In this document: positions 1 through 9,413 of the stretch, piece after piece | Layout of the letters: the number at the start of each line of letters is the position of its first letter | Position numbering within the stretch: the first letter of the stretch is position 1 | IMG/VR virus record: IMGVR_UViG_3300030103_000853 | Location: 1-33,203 of that record | DNA from: a virus | Lineage: Duplodnaviria; Caudoviricetes | Direction: 5' to 3' (one strand) | DNA length: 33,203 bases | Program-made: the position numbers and the translations under genes | Notes under the pieces: model-generated | Seen by the model: the letters and a program-made list of their open reading frames with translations, nothing else | The model's database searches: none | What the model was told of the DNA's origin: nothing

Positions 1-551
1 TCAGCATAAGGACCTACATAACCTGCAGGTAATCTCCACATATCCTGTTTAGCGTCAAGGCCCCACTCTTCTGCTTTCTCTTTTAGTTGTGCTTCTGATT
101 TTACTTCTCCTAAATAATCAAATGACAATGCATTTAAAGAGTAACTAAATCTATCTTCGTTAATTAATGCACCAGCTATCATAGTATCGTAAACTTTACC
201 TACAGGTTTAATACCCATAGATCTTGTCCAACCAATATCATAAGAAGCATTGTGGCAAACTTTATCTACACCATTCTCCATTAATTCTTTGTACCACTTC
301 AAAGTCATATTTTTATCCATGTTACCACCAGCTTCATGTCCTATAGGAAAGTAGCCTTTAAAACCATCTGCAGCTACAGCTATTCCTACTACTTCACCAT
401 CTTTAGTAGCCCATCCTGGTCCTTTAGTTTTAATATTAGGATCTCTAGTTTCTAAGTCTACAGCTATAATAGATCTATCAGATAAGTTTGGATAACTTTC
501 TGGTCTTTTCCAATCAGATTCTGTTTGATTAAATACTAATTCAGTTGTCAT
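1..551 (-). CDS. polA: DNA polymerase family A, N-terminal 3'-5' exonuclease domain (partial, runs off left edge)
   Basis: Not in ORF track. Hand translation from ATG at 551: MTTELVFNQTESDWKRPESYPNLSDRSIIAVDLETRDPNIKTKGPGW...KVCHNASYDIGW...VYDTMIAGALINEDRFSYSLNAL...YVGPYA. Contains ExoI (DLET), ExoII (HNASYD) and the start of ExoIII (YA). Start overlaps the upstream stop (TAATG). Confidence 0.9.
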   Translation of the reverse strand, partial: MTTELVFNQTESDWKRPESYPNLSDRSIIAVDLETRDPNIKTKGPGWATKDGEVVGIAVAADGFKGYFPIGHEAGGNMDKNMTLKWYKELMENGVDKVCHNASYDIGWTRSMGIKPVGKVYDTMIAGALINEDRFSYSLNALSFDYLGEVKSEAQLKEKAEEWGLDAKQDMWRLPAGYVGPYA

Positions 552-715
552 TAATGTATTCTTCGACTATTATTTGTATCGCTTATTGCTTTTACATTAC
601 GTAAATTAATTCCTTTTGCAAACAAATAACAATCTGCACAATAAAATTTTTTATTTTCAACAACAATAGCGCTTCTTCTACACTTACCGTGTTCGCATTT
701 AATCTTTTTCTTCAT
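551..715 (-). CDS. small Cys4 zinc-binding protein, 54 aa
   Basis: Hand translation MKKKIKCEHGKCRRSAIVVENKKFYCADCYLFAKGINLRNVKAISDTNNSRRIH*; C-x4-C...C-x2-C. Fills the gap, overlaps the upstream gene end, and has TAATG coupling to polA. Confidence 0.75.
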   Translation of the reverse strand: MKKKIKCEHGKCRRSAIVVENKKFYCADCYLFAKGINLRNVKAISDTNNSRRIH

Positions 716-1355
716 CTAAATTTCTTAGTTGGTAATCATAGCTACCTTGTTCATGTTCATCAGTAATCCATTTTGCAGAATTTTCGACAGAATATATTTT
801 ACTTGTGACTAATCTATTTATACAATTTTTAGATGGATCTACACCCATTGATGCATCAAACATTTTTAATCTGTTGTTTGGTTGTATAGCAAAATTACCA
901 TCTTCTAATTCAAGCACATGACCACATTTATGTTGATCTGGTTTTTCTGCATAACCAAAATTTAATTCATTAAAATCTCCTGCACACCAATCTATTGTAA
1001 AAAGATATTTGCCTTTACGTTTTACTTTACGTCTAGATGTGTACTGCATTGTAGCACCAGCTAGTTCATAAAAAGTTGTAACACTTACGTTGTAACTAAA
1101 ACTATCCCACATAACTACTTCGTCTAATGGTAATTCTTTTACACCTGGTTTAGTACAGAAAGCTGTAATAGGTGCTCGCCACCATAAACCACCATCTTCC
1201 ATTAAGAAATGAAACAAAGGTACTCTGTTTGGTATAGAACTAAAACCAAATACTCCTACTTCAAAATATTTATCATGTGAATCTTTTTGATCTCTCAAAT
1301 AATTACCTCTAACCCAACATTCTATTACTGGTATATTAGCGTTTAGATAAGCCAT
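699..1355 (-). CDS. phage hypothetical protein, 218 aa
   Basis: Full ORF in operon context; MAYLNANIP... N-terminus and HKCGHVLELEDGNFAIQPNNR segment resemble a marine phage family of unknown function. Confidence 0.8.
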   Translation of the reverse strand: MAYLNANIPVIECWVRGNYLRDQKDSHDKYFEVGVFGFSSIPNRVPLFHFLMEDGGLWWRAPITAFCTKPGVKELPLDEVVMWDSFSYNVSVTTFYELAGATMQYTSRRKVKRKGKYLFTIDWCAGDFNELNFGYAEKPDQHKCGHVLELEDGNFAIQPNNRLKMFDASMGVDPSKNCINRLVTSKIYSVENSAKWITDEHEQGSYDYQLRNLDEEKD

Positions 1356-1599
1356 TTTTATTTTCCTCTTTTAAGTGTTGTATTTCTAGATCACAATAAT
1401 GTTTTATTTTATTAAGATCTTCAATTGTTTTACCCTTAGTTAAGTATCTACAAACATACTTTATTACATTTGCTTGAAAAGGATTCAAGCCATTTTTTCT
1501 AATAAAAGTCCATGGTTGAATAATAAATTTTTTATAATGATTCCCGCCGACCTGCTTCCCATCTGGAAAAGCTTCGTCAAACATATCTTTGCTACTCAT
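1336..1599 (-). CDS. DUF3310 / SaV-like protein (related to T7 gp1.7 nucleotide kinase)
   Basis: QVGGNHYK...QP...ANVIKYVCRY..KG..EDLNKIKHY signature. Confidence 0.85.
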   Translation of the reverse strand: MSSKDMFDEAFPDGKQVGGNHYKKFIIQPWTFIRKNGLNPFQANVIKYVCRYLTKGKTIEDLNKIKHYCDLEIQHLKEENKNGLSKR

Positions 1600-3217
1600 T
1601 TATAGTTCTCCGGTTGAAATTAGATGCAAGACGCCCCAAAGGAAAAAAATATGTATGGTTAGTAGAGAGTATATGTAGGGATGTCTTAGACCGTGTAATA
1701 CCAGTATACCAAACCCTCGCTTCAGCCATCTTGTCTTTGAAGTTCTTGGTTGAAAAATTAGATGGCCAATTAGCTTTTTCATATATTAGTACGTTGTCTG
1801 CCTCCCCACCTTTAACTGAGTGGATTGTGTCAATTATTATTTTTGCTTTTTCATTAAATTGAATATTCCTTTTTAACATACTTTCAAAATAATCCAAGTC
1901 TCGCACAGTAAATTTTCTGTTTAAGACTTTCCACCAGTCGCTCTCGGTAGTTTCTAACCCACAATTCTTTTTTAAGAACTCTAGATCTAAAGGTTGATTA
2001 GGGTGAATATTTGACCAGGCTTTGTTGTCAATTTTTCTCCATCCTTTTTTAATTTGATCAATAAAATCATACAAAACCCCTACCTGTTCTTTAGTTATGC
2101 TCTCACCTTTTTGTAAAGCTAACCAATGATTTATGGCATTCCATTTGTTTATATTGAACGATTTATTTCCTCGCATATCTTGGAAGTATAAGCCTTTTTG
2201 CCTAGCATATTCTTTTAGCTCATCGACATTATCTCCAACTCTGCCTAACACAAACCAAGTCCCTTCTAAAGAATCAAAAGGAACCTCGTTAAATCTACTG
2301 TAGGTCTTAATAAAACCTTCTGATTTATTAGTTGAGGTAAATTCTTTGTGTTGCCTTTCAGGTATAAATTTAAGTATTTCTTTAGAGAAGTTAAGTATAG
2401 TTTCATTTAATCTGTATGATTTATTTAATATAAATATTTTACCTGCAAAGTCTAAAAAACTTCTAACTCTAGCACCGTTCCATTCATAAATAGCCTGGTC
2501 ATCATCCCCAGCTAAATAAATTCTATTAGCTTGAGCTGCAACCTTATCTACAAACTGCCATTGCAGTGGTGTTAGATCTTGAGCTTCATCTACTATAAAC
2601 ACTTTATAAGATGGTGGACTAACTTCCTCTACATACTTCTCTACCATATCAGTAAAATCCATTTTATTATCTTTTTTAAATTTTATATAATTTCTTATTA
2701 TATCGGTAAATTGTTGTAATCTTACTTTTTTAATTGGTTCTGCTTTGTATAAAGAGATAGGATCTACCAACATATTTCTAGCCTTATCATATACTCTCAA
2801 GGACCAATTATTAAATACTTTGTGGTTAGCATCTTCTTCTGTAAAGTTAGCACTAATAGTTCCCCAATCAGTGTGAAATTTTAACATGTCTACTCTAGGA
2901 TCAAGTACAGGTAATGATGACAATTCTTTTTTGCAGAAAGAATGTATAGTTCTAAAATTATTAAAATCATCTTCATTATATTGTTTAAACTTTTTCAATA
3001 CTCTATCTACAGCTTCATCAATAGCTTTATTTGTAAAGGAAACATAAACCATTTCATGTGGTTTCACACCTAACCTTAAATGTTTTTCTACTATTTTAAT
3101 TAATCTAGTAGTCTTTCCTGTACCTGGAGGACCAAATATCTTAAATGTTTTATTGTGAATCTGGGTCAAAAGGTGCACTCTGTTGGTTGAAGCTGACGTT
3201 ACGTTCTTTAACATCAA
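1592..3217 (-). CDS. UvrD/Rep-like superfamily 1 DNA helicase
   Basis: GPPGTGKT (Walker A), SFTNKA, FRTIHSF, IVDEAQD (Walker B), AGDDDQAIY, SYRL, TIHSVKGGEAD, YTGITR. True start uncertain (3217/3214/3178/3169). Confidence 0.93.
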   Translation of the reverse strand: MMLKNVTSASTNRVHLLTQIHNKTFKIFGPPGTGKTTRLIKIVEKHLRLGVKPHEMVYVSFTNKAIDEAVDRVLKKFKQYNEDDFNNFRTIHSFCKKELSSLPVLDPRVDMLKFHTDWGTISANFTEEDANHKVFNNWSLRVYDKARNMLVDPISLYKAEPIKKVRLQQFTDIIRNYIKFKKDNKMDFTDMVEKYVEEVSPPSYKVFIVDEAQDLTPLQWQFVDKVAAQANRIYLAGDDDQAIYEWNGARVRSFLDFAGKIFILNKSYRLNETILNFSKEILKFIPERQHKEFTSTNKSEGFIKTYSRFNEVPFDSLEGTWFVLGRVGDNVDELKEYARQKGLYFQDMRGNKSFNINKWNAINHWLALQKGESITKEQVGVLYDFIDQIKKGWRKIDNKAWSNIHPNQPLDLEFLKKNCGLETTESDWWKVLNRKFTVRDLDYFESMLKRNIQFNEKAKIIIDTIHSVKGGEADNVLIYEKANWPSNFSTKNFKDKMAEARVWYTGITRSKTSLHILSTNHTYFFPLGRLASNFNRRTINE

Positions 3218-4697
3218 TCTTAGTTGGTTTAGGTATCTTCCACAATCGACCTTTGTATTCTTTATGTTGTCTTATGTACTCCGCTCCATTGTCAATTAAT
3301 AATTCTTTTACTTCAAAAGGTTTTAAGTTGTTTCCGTCTTTCTTTAAAAATTTTTTAAATAGTTCTGCTCTAAAAAACAAATGACCATCTTCTTCATGAA
3401 CATAATCTGTTTGTGTCTGTGTAATATCATCCGCAAGCTGACTATCATCTATAAAGTTTCTAAATAGATAATCAAATTCATCTTTATCATCATCAGTAAA
3501 GTCATAACCTTCTACAGCAGTTTGAATAGATTTAAGATAGTTTAACCATAAGCCAAACTCTTCTGTCTTCATAGTTTTCCATACAATATCACAATCAAAT
3601 AGTTCTGTTTTTAATAATTGTTGCTGACAAAGTTGTTGACCCGTTAGTCTTACAGGTTTCTTATCTATAGTTAGAATATATTTAGGTGGTTTAGTGCTTA
3701 TCTTTTGAAAAGAATCTACATGAAAGTTGTAATCTTTTTTACCAATACCAAGTTTTCTTTTTACACATGCAGCTTGATCACAGTATTTTTTAGCAATAGG
3801 AGAACTGCATTTGTAATTATAATCTTTGTCTCCACTTAAACTTTTAATAACAGTTATCTTTAATTCTTTTGGATCTATTCTATCATCACCCCATGATTTA
3901 TTTATGTCACCTAATTCATCTTCCCAAGCGCCATCCTTACCGTGTTTTTTAAGCATACAAACACCAACATTAAATAATGCCTCGTTTCTACCATCCCCTG
4001 GCTTAACTGCATGCTTAACAAAATTCTGTACACAAGGTGGATAATCAGCAAACTCTTTGTCATCATCATTCAACTCATCTAATTCTATTTTATAAAAATC
4101 TTCTGGTGTAATTAAAAAAGGTTGCACTGCCTCTTCTAGTTTTTCTATGGGTATTGATTGGCCGGTGTCGTCTATTGCATGACGTGTAGTCAAGTGAGCA
4201 TTTTGATATGGTAAGTTTAACCAATTACCTATTGTACCTAACTCAACATTTATTGTTCTTTGTTTAGGAAATATTTCACAATCAGCTAAACCTAATCTAC
4301 TAGCTAACTTAGTAAGTTTATCGATCATATCAGTTGCTGGTATCACACCATTGATATGTAAAAATATATGTAGTCCTCCAGACTTTGATCTGTAAGGAAA
4401 GAGTGGTAGTTTTAAATCTCTAATTTTTTTGATTACATGAAGTGGATTAAATCCATCATACTCATCAACATCTATACAACCCCATTTGCAGTTGTTGTCT
4501 TTCATAATAGGCACGATACCTAAAGACAATTCTCCTTTAAGATGTTTAGCAAATAGTTCTAAAGTGACTTCTGCTTTTTTTGTTAATGCTCTACCTTCAG
4601 CTTTACCATCGGACCTACGAGCTCCGGAGAGCTCGTAAGTACCATATGCTGACGTTAAGCCACCAAAAAGTTTACTAAAAAAATTTAGTGAACTCAT
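3150..4697 (-). CDS. archaeo-eukaryotic-type primase (AEP/primase-polymerase) with PriCT-like accessory region
   Basis: WGCIDVD (DxD), RSKSGGLHIF (SxxGxH), EIFPKQ, GNWLNLPY, followed by YPPC...GRNEALFN and Cys-containing YKC...C...C segment. Confidence 0.85.
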   Translation of the reverse strand: MSSLNFFSKLFGGLTSAYGTYELSGARRSDGKAEGRALTKKAEVTLELFAKHLKGELSLGIVPIMKDNNCKWGCIDVDEYDGFNPLHVIKKIRDLKLPLFPYRSKSGGLHIFLHINGVIPATDMIDKLTKLASRLGLADCEIFPKQRTINVELGTIGNWLNLPYQNAHLTTRHAIDDTGQSIPIEKLEEAVQPFLITPEDFYKIELDELNDDDKEFADYPPCVQNFVKHAVKPGDGRNEALFNVGVCMLKKHGKDGAWEDELGDINKSWGDDRIDPKELKITVIKSLSGDKDYNYKCSSPIAKKYCDQAACVKRKLGIGKKDYNFHVDSFQKISTKPPKYILTIDKKPVRLTGQQLCQQQLLKTELFDCDIVWKTMKTEEFGLWLNYLKSIQTAVEGYDFTDDDKDEFDYLFRNFIDDSQLADDITQTQTDYVHEEDGHLFFRAELFKKFLKKDGNNLKPFEVKELLIDNGAEYIRQHKEYKGRLWKIPKPTKIDVKERNVSFNQQSAPFDPDSQ

Positions 4698-5491
4698 TAA
4701 AATGGTGCTGTGCCAGTTTGTGCTTGTTGTTCCTCGGTAAGGTTGACCTTGGCATTACCTTTTTTACACGTATCATAAAATGCCATCGCAGCATTCATGA
4801 GTGCATCATTAGGAATGTCTTTGTTATGGTCAACTTCCCAACCAAACCAAGAACCCAAAGAGTTCTTTTCTAACACAGTTCTCAAAGTATAAATTTGAGA
4901 CCATGTAGGTGGTTGGAACATACCTTTACTGCCTTTTCTCCTTTGAGAGAGCATCATAGAATTCCACTTCTTAGACTTTTTAGCCTGAGTAGCTTTCATA
5001 ACTATGACAGCAGTATCGGTTGCCATATCATTCTCATCTACCATCAAAACATAATGATAGTGAGTTGGCTCGATATAATTACCATTTGGTAATCTATCTT
5101 TCCGATCGTCACCCCTAGTTGTTTTAGTCATTATATCCGAATCAGCAGGATATGAATTAACAGGTGCAACAGAATTCTGTGTACCCCTATCAGCCCATTC
5201 AACATATTCGAATTTAAAGAAACAAGGAATAGCTTTAAATCCTGTTTGCCCATCATAGAGCTTATTTAAAACAGAATTAATAACCATACCTGGTCTTGCC
5301 TCACTAATAAACTTCGCATCACCTTGAGTGACGTGAGGAGAATTATTAGTAAGTATTTTTAAGAACGGAAGTGACACATCTTTTGACGTGATGTTCTCCG
5401 CTCCTGCACCTGCGAACTGTTCCATGTTTGAAACCATAGGTGCTTGTGCTGTTGCCTTAGTTGCAACTGCGTTGGCTTTTTCTTGTGCCAT
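4697..5491 (-). CDS. putative single-stranded DNA-binding protein
   Basis: Position in replication module; flexible tail ending in ...TGTAPF, like the SSB C-terminal PF tip; AGAGG SD upstream. Confidence 0.6.
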   Translation of the reverse strand: MAQEKANAVATKATAQAPMVSNMEQFAGAGAENITSKDVSLPFLKILTNNSPHVTQGDAKFISEARPGMVINSVLNKLYDGQTGFKAIPCFFKFEYVEWADRGTQNSVAPVNSYPADSDIMTKTTRGDDRKDRLPNGNYIEPTHYHYVLMVDENDMATDTAVIVMKATQAKKSKKWNSMMLSQRRKGSKGMFQPPTWSQIYTLRTVLEKNSLGSWFGWEVDHNKDIPNDALMNAAMAFYDTCKKGNAKVNLTEEQQAQTGTAPF

Positions 5492-5509
5492 TTGTTACCT
5501 CTTTAGTTG

Positions 5510-6052
5510 TTAGTTGTTAGTTTTTATTTTAGTTCGGTTAGCAATATACAATCCAAAAGTTTCAGATGGTATAGTTTTATTCTTCTCAATTTGTTCTTTT
5601 ACAAATCCTCGAAGAGTTTGCCAATGAACGTCCTGTTTTTGGTCTACGACAAGACCTTGCTTCTCCAGTGATTCTTTTAGTTTCACTGCATCAGCATCTT
5701 CCCCCTTACCAAACGAAACTGATAAATTATTTTTTATCAAATCCCCGTGGTTGTTCTCACGCAACCATCGGAAGGCTTCGTCTTTATTTGCCTCTTGGAT
5801 CTTCGCATAGTAGTAAGGTGAAACTTGAACCGAAGTACCATCATCAAGTGTTATTGATGAGACTCCTGCTTGTTGCATTAGAGTAGGTATCACTTCTTCA
5901 GATAAACGTCTAGCTTCTTCTTCTTGTTCTTTAAGAAGATCTTTTGTTTCTTCGACTGTTTTATTTTGGGAAGTTAGCTTTTTACAAGCCTCTGATATTT
6001 CTGTTACTTCGTTAGTTTTTATATTTATCTTTGTTAGTTGTTCTAGGTTCAT
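5510..6052 (-). CDS. hypothetical protein (coiled-coil N-terminus), first gene of replication operon
   Basis: 180 aa ORF, strong AAGGAGG SD at 6061-6067; EAFRWLRENNHGDLIKN and VHWQTLRGFVKE segments typical of a phage family found next to SSB-like genes. Confidence 0.8.
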   Translation of the reverse strand: MNLEQLTKINIKTNEVTEISEACKKLTSQNKTVEETKDLLKEQEEEARRLSEEVIPTLMQQAGVSSITLDDGTSVQVSPYYYAKIQEANKDEAFRWLRENNHGDLIKNNLSVSFGKGEDADAVKLKESLEKQGLVVDQKQDVHWQTLRGFVKEQIEKNKTIPSETFGLYIANRTKIKTNN

Positions 6053-6076
6053 AAATATGACCTCCTTTTTAATAAG

Positions 6077-6109
6077 TTGACTTTATACCTAAATCAAATA
6101 TATTGTCAA
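6077..6109. promoter_or_regulatory. overlapping divergent sigma70-like promoters
   Basis: + strand TTGACT(6077-6082)-16 nt-TATATT(6099-6104); - strand TTGACA(6109-6104)-16 nt-TATAAA(6087-6082) or -18 nt-TAAAGT. Lies in the only divergent intergenic gap. Confidence 0.65.
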
Positions 6110-6114
6110 TCATT

Positions 6115-7548
6115 ATGTTGAACTTGTTTAACTTTAAAACACAACCATACGAACACCAGAAAACTTGCCTTATTAAAGCATGGGATAAACCCACATACGC
6201 TTTTTTTATGGAAATGGGTACAGGCAAAACAAAAGTTGCTGTAGATAATATAGGCCTTTTAAGAATTAATAAAAATATTACCGGAGTATTAATACTAGCA
6301 CCAAAATCAGTATATACTGTATGGGCTTTTGATGAAATAAATAAACACATGTCTCCAGATGTTGACTATGAAATATACTCTTGGAACATAGATAAACCTA
6401 AACAATTAAAAAAATCATTAGATCCTAAAGGTAAATTAAAAATATTTTGTATGAACATAGAAGCACTTTCTACTAGTAGAGGTATAAAAGGTGCAACAGA
6501 ATTTTTATACAACCACAAAGAAAACCTTACTATCATAGATGAGTCTACTACAATCAAAAATCACAAAGCTATTCGTACTAGAAACGTTTTAAAATTATCT
6601 GATTATTCTAAATACAAAAGAATACTTACAGGTTCACCAGTAACTAAATCACCGTTAGATTTATATACACAATGTAATTTTTTAGATGGTACACATCTAG
6701 GATTTTCTTCTTATTTTACTTTTAGAAACAGATATTGTGTAACTCACAGATTAGATCTTGGTAATGGTAAATACACAGAGATACCTAAATACTATGTACA
6801 TCTTGATGAATTAGAAGATAAATTAAGTAAGTTCTCTTACAGAGTAACTAAAGATGAATGTCTAGATCTACCACCTAAACTATACTCTAAACGATATATA
6901 GATATGAATGATGAACAGAAAGATTTTTATGAAAGATTAAGAATAGCTGCAATAGCTATTATAGAAGATGAAGCTGTGTCATATAATAATAAACTAACTG
7001 AGATAATAAAATTACACCAGGTCTGTAATGGTTTTGTCAAAACAAATGATGGAGAACTTAAAGAATTTAAGAATCCTAAACTACATGCACTATCAGATAT
7101 TATAGAAGAATCAGAAGGTAAGGTAATTATATGGGCCAACTACATATATAATATAGAATCTATAATAAAATTTTTACAGGAAAAGTATGGAGTGTATTCT
7201 GTTGTATCTAACTATGGAGCTGTAGATACTCTTAAACGTGCTGAAGCAGTAAAAAAGTTTCAAGAAGATGATACTTGTAGATTCTTTGTAGGTAATCCTG
7301 CAACAGGTGGTTTTGGTCTTACTCTTACAGAGGCTAAAAATATTATTTATTTTTCTAATAGTTTTAACTTTGAACATAGAAGACAATCAGAAGATAGAGC
7401 ACATAGATCAGGATTAAAACATAGAGTGTTATATACAGATTTAATATGCAAAGGTACGATTGATGAAAGAATTATTTCTTCTCTATCTAATAAAAATAAA
7501 CTAGCTATTAAAACTTTAGGTGATGAGTTTAAAGAATGGCTTAATTAA
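6115..7548 (+). CDS. SNF2-like superfamily 2 helicase/ATPase
   Basis: PYEHQ Q-motif, FMEMGTGKT, IIDESTTIK, LTGSP, GGFGLTLT, QSEDRAHRSG. ATG at 6115 preferred over TTG at 6103, which lies inside the promoter. Confidence 0.92.
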   Translation: MLNLFNFKTQPYEHQKTCLIKAWDKPTYAFFMEMGTGKTKVAVDNIGLLRINKNITGVLILAPKSVYTVWAFDEINKHMSPDVDYEIYSWNIDKPKQLKKSLDPKGKLKIFCMNIEALSTSRGIKGATEFLYNHKENLTIIDESTTIKNHKAIRTRNVLKLSDYSKYKRILTGSPVTKSPLDLYTQCNFLDGTHLGFSSYFTFRNRYCVTHRLDLGNGKYTEIPKYYVHLDELEDKLSKFSYRVTKDECLDLPPKLYSKRYIDMNDEQKDFYERLRIAAIAIIEDEAVSYNNKLTEIIKLHQVCNGFVKTNDGELKEFKNPKLHALSDIIEESEGKVIIWANYIYNIESIIKFLQEKYGVYSVVSNYGAVDTLKRAEAVKKFQEDDTCRFFVGNPATGGFGLTLTEAKNIIYFSNSFNFEHRRQSEDRAHRSGLKHRVLYTDLICKGTIDERIISSLSNKNKLAIKTLGDEFKEWLN

Positions 7549-8056
7549 ATGTAAATACAGCTATAGCTCGTAACCCATAATTAGGAAAGTAATGATAGTG
7601 AGGTTGTTTATCAAAAACAATAGCTTTATACTTTTCTGGTTTTGATATTATAACTGGTTCTTTATTTTTATTACAAATAATTGTATCTCCAACAGCATCG
7701 TTTAAATAAAGTATAACTTGCTTGTATTCAAAATCATGGTCAGTGTGTATAGGACATTTGTAAACAAATCCATTATTAAAAGTTATATTAATAGCAACTC
7801 TAAAAAGATTATTTAATTCTATTTTATTTTTTTGTAAAAAAAATCTAAAGATATTAATTAATTCTTCATGTTGTTTTAAAGTATTTTTTTCTTTTTCTTC
7901 AAGTTTTAATATATGATTAATAAAATGAAACCCGTTATCTCCAACTTCTGCAGCTTGAGTTGCTAACTTAAAAGACATGTTTTCATATAATAATAACTCA
8001 TCTATATATTTTTTTTGAGTATCATTTAAAAAATCTTTATCTTCAATAAAAAACAT
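7541..8056 (-). CDS. 2OG-Fe(II) oxygenase-like protein
   Basis: IHTDH (HxD)...VILYLND..GDT...FD..PHYH...RAIAVF. Confidence 0.75.
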   Translation of the reverse strand: MFFIEDKDFLNDTQKKYIDELLLYENMSFKLATQAAEVGDNGFHFINHILKLEEKEKNTLKQHEELINIFRFFLQKNKIELNNLFRVAINITFNNGFVYKCPIHTDHDFEYKQVILYLNDAVGDTIICNKNKEPVIISKPEKYKAIVFDKQPHYHYFPNYGLRAIAVFTFN

Positions 8057-8061
8057 AAAAA

Positions 8062-8787
8062 CTATTTTATAGTTTCTAAATATTTATCATATCTTTCCCA
8101 CCACTTACCTTGGTAGTCTTTTAGTTCCTGACCTTCAATAGTGAACTCTTGATAATTAAAATCTTTAGAACACATACATATCTTAGCCTGTTCTATTTCT
8201 CCATACATAGATTCATGTGCTAAACTGTAAGCAGCTAACTGTGTGAAGTAATCTTGGACTGCGCTCCACTCTCTCCTCTTGGGTTTATTAGTTTGTTTCC
8301 AATCAAAGATAGTGGGCTTATCATTCATGACCCCCACGCAGTCTGTAGCTCCCGCATATTTTTCTGGATAGGCTAAACTTATTTCATTACCCCAAACTTG
8401 TGATAATGGATCTAAGTTTTTTAAAATAGTATGAGCCATTTTTCTAGCTCTGTTTCCTTTTTCTGTAAGGTTTAGATAACCTTCTCCTTCAATATATTTT
8501 TCTATAACTAAATGCATTTCAGTTCCTCTAGCAGACGCTTCGTTTTTTATTCTTTCTGCACCTTCTTCACCAACTTTTTCTTTCCACCTAGCTAAGGCAT
8601 CTATAGATTCTTGATCTTTTGTTGCACCTAATATTGTAGTTACACTAGGTAGTTTTTTCCCATCTACAGAATACATACGCTTACCTGTTTCAGGATCTGA
8701 TGCTCTTGAGTATTTTTTATAAGGATATTTTTTTATTAATTCAAATTCTTCTAAATAAAAATTATTGTCGTTTTCTATAAATTTCAT
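8062..8787 (-). CDS. PD-(D/E)XK exonuclease
   Basis: LPSVTTIL, RGTEMH, E..L....YAGATDC, IFDWKQ, QLAAYS. Confidence 0.88.
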   Translation of the reverse strand: MKFIENDNNFYLEEFELIKKYPYKKYSRASDPETGKRMYSVDGKKLPSVTTILGATKDQESIDALARWKEKVGEEGAERIKNEASARGTEMHLVIEKYIEGEGYLNLTEKGNRARKMAHTILKNLDPLSQVWGNEISLAYPEKYAGATDCVGVMNDKPTIFDWKQTNKPKRREWSAVQDYFTQLAAYSLAHESMYGEIEQAKICMCSKDFNYQEFTIEGQELKDYQGKWWERYDKYLETIK

Positions 8788-9404
8788 ATTATCAACTCCG
8801 TAAGATCAAAATTGTTACCCATTTTACCTTTAACAAAAACATTAAAAGCTAAACTTATTCTCAAATTATTTTTATTTTTAATCTGAACAGAATGTTTTGT
8901 GTTAGATGGAAATAATAGTATATCTTTTTCAGATACTTTAAAAGACCATTTTTTAGAATTATATTGTGTAAATTCTTTAGTAGGTATTTCAAATTGATTT
9001 TCAATTGGATCATAAAAATCTATCATATCGTTTTCTGGATCAGATTTTATATATAAAACACCAGACAATATAGAGTTTGAATGCGAATGCATATGATGAT
9101 ATTCTTTTTCTCTAGTATAATTTAACCAAGATTGAGTAATGTATGGTGTAATTGTTTCTTCTTTTGGTCTAATAATTTTATCAAAATAGTCTTTAACTAC
9201 AATATGTAAATCATTTTTTAAATTTGAAAATACTGGTTCGTTTAAAATATAAGTATTTATAGTACTAAAGTTAGAAACATTTTTAACACTTTTGTTTTGA
9301 TGTTCATTTATTTCTTTGATTTCTTCAGAATTAAATTCTCTATTTAATTTAGTTGCGTAAACATGGACTCCAAACAAACTGTGTACCACAGGTTCTGTAT
9401 TCAT
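8784..9404 (-). CDS. putative 2OG-Fe(II) oxygenase (TIGR02466/2OG-FeII_Oxy_5-like)
   Basis: QSWLN, HHMHSHSNSILSGVLY, LLFPSNTKHSV, RISLAFN. Confidence 0.85.
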   Translation of the reverse strand: MNTEPVVHSLFGVHVYATKLNREFNSEEIKEINEHQNKSVKNVSNFSTINTYILNEPVFSNLKNDLHIVVKDYFDKIIRPKEETITPYITQSWLNYTREKEYHHMHSHSNSILSGVLYIKSDPENDMIDFYDPIENQFEIPTKEFTQYNSKKWSFKVSEKDILLFPSNTKHSVQIKNKNNLRISLAFNVFVKGKMGNNFDLTELII

Positions 9405-9413
9405 TCCATACTA

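Noticed and set aside
6069-6350. 93 aa minus-strand ORF as a repressor at the divergence point
   Set aside because: Antisense to the SNF2 N-terminus; no HTH pattern.
8057-8095. Promoter before the 7541..8056 oxygenase (TAAAAT 7 nt before ATG)
   Set aside because: No credible -35; expected by chance in AT-rich DNA.
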